Assembly: GCA_964410495.1 (NCBI GenBank)
Contig: CAYPGP010000001.1
Location: forward strand, 61,993 to 125,992
Source of the DNA: an uncultured Chloracidobacterium sp.
GTDB taxonomy: Bacteria; Acidobacteriota; Blastocatellia; Pyrinomonadales; Pyrinomonadaceae
Direction of reading: 5' to 3'
DNA length: 64,000 bases
The position numbers and the translations under genes are program-made. Shown piece by piece: positions 46,507 through 55,703 of the stretch. The notes below the pieces were generated by a model. That model searched no databases and was not told the DNA's origin. It worked only from the letters and a program-made list of their open reading frames with translations. How positions within the stretch are numbered: position 1 is the stretch's first letter; each line of letters begins with the position of its first letter.

Positions 46507-46526
46507 TGATCACTGACGGCTGCTCT

Positions 46527-46847
46527 TTAGAGCTTAACGAATACGATAAGCAGAGCGAAAAGCACGAGCGATTCGATAAGTGCCAGCGCGATGATCATCA
46601 TCGTCTGAACCGTACCGGCAGCACCCGGATTGCGGGCTGCACCTTCGGCTGCACGCGAACCAACGAGTCCCTGTCCGATACCGGCAAGACCTGCTGCGAG
46701 ACCGAAACCGATACCGCCACCGATCGCCTTAGCGGCGCTCACGGTCGATTCGTTGTCAGCTGCTCCGGCCTGTGCCATTGCTGCTACCGACATCATCGCG
46801 ATCGCAAGCGTCGCGAAAACCAAATATTTCATTTTCTTCATTGTCAT
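46527..46847 (-). CDS. atpE: F0F1 ATP synthase subunit c with N-terminal signal-like extension
   Basis: [19 protein letters not shown] loop and the ion-binding Glu in [14 protein letters not shown]; an extra ~30 aa at the N-terminus ([27 protein letters not shown]). Confidence 0.85.
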   Translation of the reverse strand: MTMKKMKYLVFATLAIAMMSVAAMAQAGAADNESTVSAAKAIGGGIGFGLAAGLAGIGQGLVGSRAAEGAARNPGAAGTVQTMMIIALALIESLVLFALLIVFVKL

Positions 46848-47022
46848 TTTCTCCTTTATTTTTGGTTCAAAGGAAGATCGTCGCTTGTATGATTTCGCCT
46901 CGCTTCCGGTATTGCGTGGATTTTATACTCCCAAAGAGTCCACGCCGCCTGTAGCGTGCGGGCATATGCTATTTAACGAACCTTCCGGTTTTCGTCGCAC
47001 GACGGCGACAAATTCTTAAATA

Positions 47023-47922
47023 CTACGCATGAGCTACGGCCGTCTCGGCGTGATGCTCGTCCGCGTGCTCATCATCGTGATGATCATGTGGTGCATGCGA
47101 CACTTCGCCGATGTAGATCATCGAAAGCAGCGTGAAAACAAAAGCCTGTACGAACGCCACAAAAACGCCCAGCAGTGTAAGTACGAGCGGCACGATAAAG
47201 TGCGTGAACGGCGGTGCGAGATTCGTGATCTGCAAGAACACCTGCTCGTCCGAGAACATGTTGGCAAACAGTCGCACACCAAGCGTGAACGGGCGTATCG
47301 AACTCGAAATGATCTCGATAAAGAAGATCAGGATCGTGATCGGGATCATCAATGCCGGCAGTTTCGGCCCCGCAAAATGTTTTATGTGGCCGAAGAGTCC
47401 GTTTTCAGCGATGCCAACGTAGTTGTAGTAAACAAAAGACGAAATGCCGAGAGCGAAAGTCACGTTAACCGATGCCGTCGGCGACATGAACATCGGGAAC
47501 TGGCCCATCAGATTGGAAACAAGGATCAGCACGCCGAACGTGGCGACAACCGGGAAGTGCCGTGCGCCGTGGTCGCCGATGATCGAGCCGATCATGTCTT
47601 TGACCGCGAGATAGCCAGCTTCGAGCGTCAGCTGTCCGGGCTTTGGATCATCTGAAGAAAGTTTGCCTTTCAGCAGACTGACAATGATGACCGTCAGGAT
47701 ACACGCGATCACGAACATGATCGTGTACCACGGGATCGCATTCTCGACCGTGTAGGGGCCAAAGGCTTTTTCCGCTGTGGTTCCGAAGTTGGAAAAGACG
47801 TACTTGTTCCAAAGCGGCTCGGTGTAAGCTTTCTGAAAATTATGGACCGGCGTGCCGAGATAGTGGTTGATGAACTCAACGATCAATGGCACATGATGGC
47901 CGCCTTCTGCAAATAAAAGCAT
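47023..47922 (-). CDS. atpB: F0F1 ATP synthase subunit a with His-rich C-terminal tail
   Basis: Conserved IRPFTLGVRLFANM (essential Arg) helix; C-terminus HAPHDHHDDEHADEHHAETAVAHA. Confidence 0.85.
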   Translation of the reverse strand: MLLFAEGGHHVPLIVEFINHYLGTPVHNFQKAYTEPLWNKYVFSNFGTTAEKAFGPYTVENAIPWYTIMFVIACILTVIIVSLLKGKLSSDDPKPGQLTLEAGYLAVKDMIGSIIGDHGARHFPVVATFGVLILVSNLMGQFPMFMSPTASVNVTFALGISSFVYYNYVGIAENGLFGHIKHFAGPKLPALMIPITILIFFIEIISSSIRPFTLGVRLFANMFSDEQVFLQITNLAPPFTHFIVPLVLTLLGVFVAFVQAFVFTLLSMIYIGEVSHAPHDHHDDEHADEHHAETAVAHA

Positions 47923-47935
47923 CTTAAAATTCCCT

Positions 47936-48343
47936 TCAAAAAGAAGTCGTAAAAATATTTTTTAATCCCTCGAAAACGACCGCAAAAGCGAATACCGCTA
48001 GACCAAGTATCACGGCCGCAACCGGAAAAGCTCCGGTAAGATATATCAAGAAAACTATCCCGCCGATCACCGCGTACCGGAGTATGTACTTCAGCGCGAG
48101 TATCGCAGTCGACGCCGTCGCATTCTCGGCAAAGATCGCCCGAGTCGAACGGTCCAGCCAGAAGTAATTGGCAAACGCAAGAATTCCGCCAAAGATAACT
48201 CCGAGGCCGAATCGCGAGCCGCCGAAGGCAAAACCCAGGGCGGACGCAAGAACCGCGATCGCCAACATGGCGATCAGGATCCCGCGATGCCTGATAGGCT
48301 TCGGCTGGTCGGATGTTGTCAAAGGATCAAGTTCTTCGCCCAT
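47936..48343 (-). CDS. atpI: ATP synthase subunit I-like membrane protein
   Basis: 135 aa, 4 TM helices, immediately upstream of atpB. Confidence 0.5.
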   Translation of the reverse strand: MGEELDPLTTSDQPKPIRHRGILIAMLAIAVLASALGFAFGGSRFGLGVIFGGILAFANYFWLDRSTRAIFAENATASTAILALKYILRYAVIGGIVFLIYLTGAFPVAAVILGLAVFAFAVVFEGLKNIFTTSF

Positions 48344-48406
48344 TGCGAAACTTACATGTTACCGATATTTGCGGGATTTTTCAAAGTGCAGCCGAGCTCG
48401 TCGCGT

Positions 48407-48913
48407 TTACTTTTCATCGTCGTGGTGTGATGAAAGCGGGTTTTGTTTCGGAGTATCGCCGGAGTTATTGAAAATCTGAGATGTGATGCGGAAAAACTGC
48501 AGAAATCCGATGATCGCACCGAGTATGATGCCCGCGACGATTCCCCACGGAGAACTGCCGAGCAACAGATCGGCGAGCCAGCCGAGGAACAGCATAAAAG
48601 CGACCGACCCGAAAAACACGACTCCGACCGAGAACGCGAGGCCGCGTTGACGAACGGCTTCGTCGGACGTCTCCGGCGTGTAGGCAACCGGAACGAACGG
48701 AGCGTCGAAAGGCGTTTCGACCTTGTTTTCGTAAAGGAATGGTGTCTCGACGGGGGATTGAATATGCGTTGACGGCAAATCAGCAAACGCATCAGCGTTT
48801 TCCTGGGCATAAACCGGCTGCGCGCTCGCGGCTGCCTCCGCCCTTTCCTCTTCGGTGGGCCAAAGGTCGTACGGCGTCATCGGCTGTTCGTTTACGGGTT
48901 TTTCCTCGGTCAT
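48407..48913 (-). CDS. AtpZ/AtpI-family (ATPase_gene1) membrane protein with long N-terminal extension
   Basis: C-terminal two-TM unit GLAFSVGVVFFGSVAFMLFLGWLADLLLGSSPWGIVAGIILGAIIGF; ATG 48913 lies 1 nt after the upstream stop. Confidence 0.55.
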   Translation of the reverse strand: MTEEKPVNEQPMTPYDLWPTEEERAEAAASAQPVYAQENADAFADLPSTHIQSPVETPFLYENKVETPFDAPFVPVAYTPETSDEAVRQRGLAFSVGVVFFGSVAFMLFLGWLADLLLGSSPWGIVAGIILGAIIGFLQFFRITSQIFNNSGDTPKQNPLSSHHDDEK

Positions 48914-48914
48914 G

Positions 48915-50114
48915 TCAATCCGCAATAATGACAGTTTCGGTCGGTGATTTCAATTCGTAGGTGATCCCCCGCCAGGTCAGCCGCCGCGAGAGCGCGGCCG
49001 CAACGCAGTTGTAGAAGAAGACGGCAGGCGTGACCAGCCAGAGGGCCAACTGCCATTTTCTTTGAGCTTTCATCTCGTCCGGGCGATCGACCAGCACCAA
49101 TTCAGCGGCTTTGAACCTAAGATGAGCCTTTCCGATGCTGCATGTCGAGACGGCGAGAATAGTTAGTGCCGCGATTACGAAGGCAAGGCTGGACGGCGGC
49201 CAAGCAGCGATGATCACTGCAGAAGTGATCATCACCGAGCAAAAAAGTGCCGATCCGAACCACGACAACAGCCACAAATGCGACGAATAAACACGGGTGA
49301 TCTTCATCTGCCGTGTCGTAAACTCCAGCATCTCGCGAAATGTGCAGTTTTCAACTGACGGAGTCAGGGCAGCGGGCACAAATTCGATCCTTAATCCAGC
49401 TTTCTTTACGGCGTGCGTGACCGCAAAATCGTCTGACAATGCACCAGCCCAAGCTTCGGCGATCTGAAGTTTTTCAAAAGTTTCCCGTCGTATCGCCATC
49501 GAGCCGCCCCAACAGAAATTGGACTTAGTGTTTGGGCCCAGGGCCGAGGCGATCGAGGCGTTCCAAGACGCACGTATTTCGGTCGCAAGGCTTGGCCCTT
49601 CGGCGATGAACCATCGGTATCCGGTCGCGGCTCCAACGTGAGGATCTGCCAGCGGCGCAACAAGTGAACGCAGCCAGTCTTTTCGAGGTCGAGCGTCAGA
49701 GTCGACGAAGACAAACGTCTGCGATGCGGGCGAAGCGTGATTTATTGCGGCGAGAAGGTTTTCGATCTTCTGGCTTGCACGCGACGCTCTAGGTGCGATG
49801 ACGAGCTTCGCCGATACTCGGCTCTTTTTCCCTATCAATGACCGGATCACCTTAACTGCCGGATCGTTCTCATTATCGACCGCAAAAATGATCTCGTATG
49901 CCGGGTGATCCTGAAGGAAGAGTGCCTGTAAATTTTGTTTGAGCCCTTGATCGTGACCTTTGCACGGGGCGAAAACAGTGGCGAAGGGGGCGAACTCGGG
50001 GCGTTCCTCGGTGAGCTTCGCGCGAAAAAAGCGCAGATATTCAAACCCGCCCCGGAGCGAGTGGAGGCTGAGCAGGATCAAAACGGCGGCAAAAAAATAG
50101 AAGATGAAGAGCAA
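48915..50114 (-). CDS. membrane glycosyltransferase, GT2/GT21 (ceramide glucosyltransferase-like) family
   Basis: N-terminal TM helix, FAPCKG...IIFAVDNEND and FVDSDARP (D-x-D) motifs, C-terminal TM helices; TTG start 6 nt after the waaA stop. Confidence 0.65.
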   Translation of the reverse strand: MLFIFYFFAAVLILLSLHSLRGGFEYLRFFRAKLTEERPEFAPFATVFAPCKGHDQGLKQNLQALFLQDHPAYEIIFAVDNENDPAVKVIRSLIGKKSRVSAKLVIAPRASRASQKIENLLAAINHASPASQTFVFVDSDARPRKDWLRSLVAPLADPHVGAATGYRWFIAEGPSLATEIRASWNASIASALGPNTKSNFCWGGSMAIRRETFEKLQIAEAWAGALSDDFAVTHAVKKAGLRIEFVPAALTPSVENCTFREMLEFTTRQMKITRVYSSHLWLLSWFGSALFCSVMITSAVIIAAWPPSSLAFVIAALTILAVSTCSIGKAHLRFKAAELVLVDRPDEMKAQRKWQLALWLVTPAVFFYNCVAAALSRRLTWRGITYELKSPTETVIIAD

Positions 50115-50120
50115 CCCCAG

Positions 50121-51425
50121 CTATTTTATCATCGAAGCGAGATACTCCAGTGTTCGCTCTACCGCGCCTCGGTTTTGGTCCATAACGGTGAGTGCGTTAT
50201 AGCCTAGCTTTTCGGCCCGTTTGTGGTCGGTAAGTAGAGCTTCGAACGATTCAGCAAGTGCCGGGACAATTTTCGCCTCTTTTACCGCCGGAAGCTGGAT
50301 CAGGGCTTCTTTCGACAAAAATTCCGTAACTGCGGCGTCGAAGTTCTTTGTGTGCGGGCCGGTTACGATGGCGTTGCCGGCGGCGGCGGGTTCAAAGATG
50401 CTTTGGCCACCATGTTTTATCAGGCTTCCGCCAACGAAGACGATCTCGGCGAGCGGATATGCGGCTCGGAGTTCGCCGATGCTGTCGAGCAGAATGACCT
50501 CGGCCGTTTCGTCGTTTTCGGTCGGAGATGAGGAACGGCGCGTCCACGAAAAGCCCGACGCTTCGATCAGGGCCGCGACCTCTTGAAAACGTTCGGGATG
50601 ACGTGGCGCAATCATTAGTCGAGGAAGGCGAGCGGTCGAGTTTTTCCAGACCTCTTTGAACGCCTCGAGAACGTACTTTTCTTCCGGCGCATGCGTGCTC
50701 GCGGCGATTATAAGCGGGACTTCGTCGGTAATGCCGAAGCGCAGTTGGAATAGGTCGGTCAGGTCGTTTTCCTGCTGATTAATATCGTGATCGAACTTCA
50801 GGTTTCCCGTGACCTTGACCTTGCTCGCCCTCATTCCCAGGCCCATTATGCGCTTCGCGTCAGCGTTTTCCTGCATCAGGGCCAGGTCGACATGGCCGAG
50901 CACTCGACGCATGAACTGACCGAGGTAGCTGTATCGTTTGTGCGAACGTTCGGAAATACGACCGTTTATTATGGCGATCTTTGTCTTATTGCGGCTATTC
51001 TCGCGGATGAAATTGAACCAGAGTTCCGTTTCCATCAGCAGAACAACCGAGGGGGAAATACGTTTGAGCGAGCGGCGAACGGTCGAGGCCCAATCGAACG
51101 GGAAATAGATGACGAGTTCGGCGATGTCGGCAAATAGCGTTTTGGCGAGTTCCTGGCCTGTTCTGGTGGTCGTCGAAACAACGAGGCGAATATCGGGATT
51201 TTCTTCCTTCAGCCGGATCGCGAGTGGTCGAGCGGCGTTCGTTTCGCCGACCGATACACAATGGAGCCAGACGACTTTTCGATCGTCGGGTTTTAGGACG
51301 GGCACGAAACCGAGGCGCTGCTTGAAACCGGCGGCATACTTTCCCTTGAAGATCGCATCGAATACGAACCTCGGGAGCAGCACAACAAATGCTAGCGTCA
51401 AAATGATGCTGTAGAAAAAGTACAT
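50121..51425 (-). CDS. waaA: 3-deoxy-D-manno-octulosonic acid (Kdo) transferase
   Basis: WLHCVSVGETNAARPL motif; GT30 architecture; 434 aa. Confidence 0.8.
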   Translation of the reverse strand: MYFFYSIILTLAFVVLLPRFVFDAIFKGKYAAGFKQRLGFVPVLKPDDRKVVWLHCVSVGETNAARPLAIRLKEENPDIRLVVSTTTRTGQELAKTLFADIAELVIYFPFDWASTVRRSLKRISPSVVLLMETELWFNFIRENSRNKTKIAIINGRISERSHKRYSYLGQFMRRVLGHVDLALMQENADAKRIMGLGMRASKVKVTGNLKFDHDINQQENDLTDLFQLRFGITDEVPLIIAASTHAPEEKYVLEAFKEVWKNSTARLPRLMIAPRHPERFQEVAALIEASGFSWTRRSSSPTENDETAEVILLDSIGELRAAYPLAEIVFVGGSLIKHGGQSIFEPAAAGNAIVTGPHTKNFDAAVTEFLSKEALIQLPAVKEAKIVPALAESFEALLTDHKRAEKLGYNALTVMDQNRGAVERTLEYLASMIK

Positions 51426-51456
51426 CGCCTTTGGTGACTAAAAAGTCGCGAAACGT

Positions 51457-51498
51457 GCAAAAGTCCAGAAAGTCATCTGTAAGGATAACTTTCCGGAC
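51457..51498 (-). terminator. rho-independent terminator after efp
   Basis: Minus strand GUCCGGAAAGU-N14-ACUUUCUGGAC followed by UUUUGC. Confidence 0.6.
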
Positions 51499-51524
51499 CT
51501 CAGATTATCAGCTAAACCGAGCGA

Positions 51525-52088
51525 CTACTTCACTCGTTCGATATATTTTGCCTCCGCAGGGTTAACGCGGATCTTCTCGCCTTCGAGGATAAAGGGCGGG
51601 ACCGACACCGTCACACCATTCTCGAGCGTCGCGGGTTTGTTCGAATTCGATGCGGTCGCGCCTTTAAGAGGCGGATCCGTTCGCGTGATGGTAAGGTCCA
51701 TCGACATCGGAAGCGTAACGCCGATCGGTGTGCCGTTGTAGAACTCAACTTCGATCGTCAGATTCGGCATCAGCCACTGGGCTGCATCGCCGAGCTCGTC
51801 ATCAGTCAACTGCACCTGCTCGTAGTTCTCATTATTCATGAAATGGTGGTGCGAGCCGTCCGAATAAAGATACTCCATTTTTTGCTGCTCAAGCGTTACC
51901 TTATCTAGCGTGTCGTTCGAGCGAAAGCGGTACTCGAACGAGTTGCCCGTGAGCAGATTGCGAAGCCGGGCCTGAACCATCGCCCTGAGGTTGCCGGGCG
52001 TGTGGTGATGAAAATCCATCACTCGAACCGGTGATCCTTCGTGAACGATCACCATTCCTTTTCTTATATCATTTGCGGAAATTGCCAT
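51525..52088 (-). CDS. efp: elongation factor P
   Basis: From ATG 52088: MAISANDIRKGMVIVHEGSPVRVMDFHHHTPGNLRAMVQ...; 187 aa. Confidence 0.9.
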   Translation of the reverse strand: MAISANDIRKGMVIVHEGSPVRVMDFHHHTPGNLRAMVQARLRNLLTGNSFEYRFRSNDTLDKVTLEQQKMEYLYSDGSHHHFMNNENYEQVQLTDDELGDAAQWLMPNLTIEVEFYNGTPIGVTLPMSMDLTITRTDPPLKGATASNSNKPATLENGVTVSVPPFILEGEKIRVNPAEAKYIERVK

Positions 52089-52198
52089 AAATCTAGTCCT
52101 GAAGGCGCGAGGCCAAAAATACAAAACCCTAATTCTAGTTTTCGGGCGCGGCCTTTGTCTAGTCCGCCTGACGGTTGACCCGCTCCCGCATAGGCATT

Positions 52199-52717
52199 TT
52201 AGGCTTTCTTGAACGGCAGCGGCGGTGGTTCCTCACCTTCTTTAGGGGCTGACCGCTTCAGGCTGTCGTAGATCATTGTGATCTTATCAACCCATTCTTT
52301 GGCATCCGCGTTCGACGGGTCGTGTTTGAGCGTACGACGATAGTCGCCGATCGCCGATGCATACTGCCGGGCTTCGGTCAGAGCGACCGCGCGCTTGTAG
52401 AATGCGTCTGCGAGGGCCTTTTTCAGAGCCGCGTCATTCGGTTTTCCGGTAAGGGCCTTTTCCGCCGACATTACTGCCGCGTCAAGTTTTGTAGTGTCGA
52501 TCGGGTCGCCGCTTGCCGTCCATTTGCCAGTTTCGCCTGCAGGTTTTGCGTAAGGAGCGTCGGCCTTATTTTCGGACGAATGGGCGATCGCGGTCTGCGA
52601 CTTGTCGGGCGTGGCGCTGGCGGCATTATTACTTTGCGCGACGGGCTTCGCGGCATCTGTGCAGCCGACTGAGATAATTGCGAGAGCGGTAACGAGCAAA
52701 AGATTTTGTTTGATCAT
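52199..52717 (-). CDS. TPR-like lipoprotein
   Basis: Signal/lipobox LAIISVGC; TPR-like helices (ARQYASAIGDYRRTLKHDPSNADAKEW). Confidence 0.55.
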   Translation of the reverse strand: MIKQNLLLVTALAIISVGCTDAAKPVAQSNNAASATPDKSQTAIAHSSENKADAPYAKPAGETGKWTASGDPIDTTKLDAAVMSAEKALTGKPNDAALKKALADAFYKRAVALTEARQYASAIGDYRRTLKHDPSNADAKEWVDKITMIYDSLKRSAPKEGEEPPPLPFKKA

Positions 52718-54669
52718 TTGTTTTCAATGTATGGACGCGATTGTACTACATAGATCTTACCGCCGAGAATACCCCATTCTATATCCTGCTCTTTTTTGCC
52801 GCCAAAGACCGTGCGAATGCCGATCGCTGCTTTCGCAAGATTCCTGGCTTGAAGATCGGTAAGAACGCGTTTCTGCGGCCCGGCGCATTTATCGACGGTT
52901 TCCTTTAGGTCGCCGTCCGCGTCAAATGCGAGAGCATTTTCCTGCTGCGAGAGCGTCATTACCACGACCGAATTCGATCTCGGGTTAAAGAGAATCTGTT
53001 CGGGTACACCGCTGTTATCGACGACCTTCGAATTGTGACCGCAGACGGCGCTGATGTAAACGGCGTTGCGATTTCGGTCGTCGAACGGATCTTTGGTTAT
53101 CATCACGCCGCCCTTTTCCATATCCACGCCAATCTGGATCAAGGCCGACATGTAAACGTCCTGCTGGCTGACGTAATTGCGTACGCGGGCTTCGTAAGCC
53201 TCGAATTTCCACAGCGAAGCCCAGACTTTTTTCACCGCATCGATCAATTTATCCTCATTGATCACATTGGGAACGCTCGAATAAAGCCCGGCGCCGCTGA
53301 AGTTCGGCAGGTCTTCAGAATTCGACGAGCTGCGCACAAATACAGGCTTGCTTCCAAGCTGCGTCTTCCATTTATCGATGATCGCTGCCCTTAGCTGCGG
53401 ATCAAAACTGCCTTTTTCGATCGCCTTGCGATAATCCTCAAGTTTCTGCCGTCGATAACGCGGATTGTGTATAAAATCCAGGTCCTCGCTCAGGTCGTCC
53501 ATTATCTTGACGAGGTCGTTATCGCGCATGAACTTTTCATACCAATGAAAAGGCACCGAGAAGCCGTCGGGTATCGAAATACCGGGAATTCGTTTATTGA
53601 TCATCTCGCCCAAGTTGGCGGCCTTTGCGCCGAAAGCGATGCTGTCTTTCTTCCGCATTTCCCCAAGCTCAGCAAGTTTTGTCACCTTCAGGTCAACCGG
53701 CGGGATCTGCTGATCGGGCGAGATAAAGTCTTTCCTGATCTCATCGCCCGACGCTCGCTGCAGAGAATAGTCCGTCAGATTAGCCTCGAGTTTGAAAACA
53801 AACGAATTGTACTCACGAAAGAGGCGATCGGCGTCCTTAATGTAAACATTCGGAATGTTCCAGCCCTTCGCCAGGATGTTGATATGCGAGAGCGGCGACG
53901 AGGGTTTCGCCAGGATAATGCCTTTGACGGGCGGAAGCGTAAGTGGCAATTCCTTAAGAACGATGATCTCGTTACTGCCGATCTCGACCGTGTCATCGAG
54001 TTTATCGATTATGTGTATACGGCCAACTGCGGTTCCGGTGTTCAGCGCCAGATAGGCTTGATTCTTATTGAGTTCGTCCTGCAATACGCGCTCGATCCCA
54101 AGAGATGCCGAGGCGTCTTCCTGACGGATCGAATTTGGTTTGTAGAATACCTTCTCAAAGAAAGCTCGGTTGATGGCGTCATTTGCGGCCTTGATGATCT
54201 CACCCGAAGCGAGGTCGCCTTCCCAGAGTTCCCACGTGAATTTCTCGACCGTTTTTTGCCAGGCGATCGTACCGACGATGAAGCGACGGTCCTGGTCGAC
54301 ATAGATCGGTTTGAAAACGTCCGCCCCTCGCGGGACGAGATAGGTGGCGAGTAAAAAATCCTTATGAAAACGATATTTCTGCGAATTTACGAAATAGATC
54401 TTGTTCTTCGCCCGCCGGTCGATAACGAACATCGCGTGCGGCATCGCGTACGGCGTATTCGGATGATAAACGCGGCGGATGAGGTCGAAATCCTTCTGCG
54501 AAGCGACACGCGGCAAGCTGTTCCTCGGCGAATCGGGCCGATGAGCCATCGCGCCTTTGGGCTCACGCGTCGGTGAAGGCTTTCGCGACAACTGAGCGTC
54601 AGCAACGACGCTAGTGCAAAGCGCGAAGAAAAGAGCGGCTATGATTCCCCTTGTCCAGGTCCAAAACAT
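52714..54669 (-). CDS. PEP/pyruvate-binding (PPDK_N-like ATP-grasp) domain protein with N-terminal signal peptide
   Basis: FVRSSSNSEDLPNFSGAGLYSSVPNV motif typical of the PPDK_N domain; N-terminus MFWTWTRGIIAALFFALCTSVVADA; no phosphohistidine swivel domain seen. Confidence 0.6.
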   Translation of the reverse strand: MFWTWTRGIIAALFFALCTSVVADAQLSRKPSPTREPKGAMAHRPDSPRNSLPRVASQKDFDLIRRVYHPNTPYAMPHAMFVIDRRAKNKIYFVNSQKYRFHKDFLLATYLVPRGADVFKPIYVDQDRRFIVGTIAWQKTVEKFTWELWEGDLASGEIIKAANDAINRAFFEKVFYKPNSIRQEDASASLGIERVLQDELNKNQAYLALNTGTAVGRIHIIDKLDDTVEIGSNEIIVLKELPLTLPPVKGIILAKPSSPLSHINILAKGWNIPNVYIKDADRLFREYNSFVFKLEANLTDYSLQRASGDEIRKDFISPDQQIPPVDLKVTKLAELGEMRKKDSIAFGAKAANLGEMINKRIPGISIPDGFSVPFHWYEKFMRDNDLVKIMDDLSEDLDFIHNPRYRRQKLEDYRKAIEKGSFDPQLRAAIIDKWKTQLGSKPVFVRSSSNSEDLPNFSGAGLYSSVPNVINEDKLIDAVKKVWASLWKFEAYEARVRNYVSQQDVYMSALIQIGVDMEKGGVMITKDPFDDRNRNAVYISAVCGHNSKVVDNSGVPEQILFNPRSNSVVVMTLSQQENALAFDADGDLKETVDKCAGPQKRVLTDLQARNLAKAAIGIRTVFGGKKEQDIEWGILGGKIYVVQSRPYIENK

Positions 54670-54686
54670 ACTTATCTCAAAGAAAC

Positions 54687-55673
54687 TTAAAATTTGATGT
54701 GCCGAACCACGTAAAAGTAAACCGGCATTCCAATAGTAATATTAAAAGGAAAGGTTACACCCAACGCCATTGGGATGTATAAACCGGGATCCGCATTCGG
54801 GGCTGCGATCCTCATGGCAGCTGGGACGGCGATGTATGAGGCACTAGCGGCAAGAACACCAAATAGAAACCTGTTCCCCTCACTTTCGGTAAAGAGTCCG
54901 CTTAGGGCCGCGGCGGCAACGCCGTTTACGAGTGGTGCGACGATGCCGAATAACGTTACAAATCGCCCATACTTCAGGAAGACGGAGAAACGCTTCGCCG
55001 TAACCATTCCCATTTCGAGAAGAAAGATGGCGAGAAATCCTTTGAAGATGTCCGTCGTAAACGGTTTGATGCCTTCGGCTTGTCGCGTATCTGCCACGAA
55101 ACCTATCAGCAGACTTCCTATCAGCATCAGCACGCTGCCGTTAGTGAAGGAATGGCGAAGGATGCTTCCGATGCCGATCTTCTCATCATCCGGCCCGCCG
55201 ATGTCTTCCGGTTCGGCATAGCGCATCAGCAGGATCACGCCGACTATGATCGCGGGCGATTCCATCAACGCCATCACGGCGACCATATGACCGCCGAAGG
55301 GAATTTGTTGAGCTTCGAGAAATGACGACGCAGCAACAAACGTGACCGCGCTGACCGAGCCATACGCGGCCGCCGAAGCTGCCGCATCGCTGACGCTCAG
55401 CTTACGCTTCAGGACAAAGAACGAATAAAGCGGGATCAATGCCGCGATCGCTGCACCGAAAAGCAGAGACCAAACGACCTCCATTCCGATCGGCTGGTGA
55501 GCAAGCTCCTGCCCGCCTTTGAAACCGATGGCGAAGAGCAAATAAAGAGCGATGAAGCGGACACTGTTCTGCGGTATCTCGAGATCGCTTTTGACGAGAG
55601 CCGCGACCACTCCCAAAAGAAAAAAGAGGAGCGTCGGGTTGGTCAGATTCGAGATCACCAGTTGAAGGTCCAT
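54687..55673 (-). CDS. SbtA-like sodium-dependent bicarbonate transporter family permease (DUF897)
   Basis: MDLQLVISNLTNPTLLFFLLGVVAALVKSDLEIPQ N-terminus; about 10 TM helices. Confidence 0.6.
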   Translation of the reverse strand: MDLQLVISNLTNPTLLFFLLGVVAALVKSDLEIPQNSVRFIALYLLFAIGFKGGQELAHQPIGMEVVWSLLFGAAIAALIPLYSFFVLKRKLSVSDAAASAAAYGSVSAVTFVAASSFLEAQQIPFGGHMVAVMALMESPAIIVGVILLMRYAEPEDIGGPDDEKIGIGSILRHSFTNGSVLMLIGSLLIGFVADTRQAEGIKPFTTDIFKGFLAIFLLEMGMVTAKRFSVFLKYGRFVTLFGIVAPLVNGVAAAALSGLFTESEGNRFLFGVLAASASYIAVPAAMRIAAPNADPGLYIPMALGVTFPFNITIGMPVYFYVVRHIKF

Positions 55674-55703
55674 GCAGATCGTTCAGCGCGGCAATCTAAT
55701 ATT

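Noticed and set aside
46527-46847. Possible Na+-coupled c-subunit (Gln in GIGQG plus Glu-Ser in LIESL).
   Set aside because: Only part of the Na+ signature is present; the Thr and Tyr positions after E-S are Leu and Phe. The GxGQG Gln is also common in H+-coupled c-subunits.
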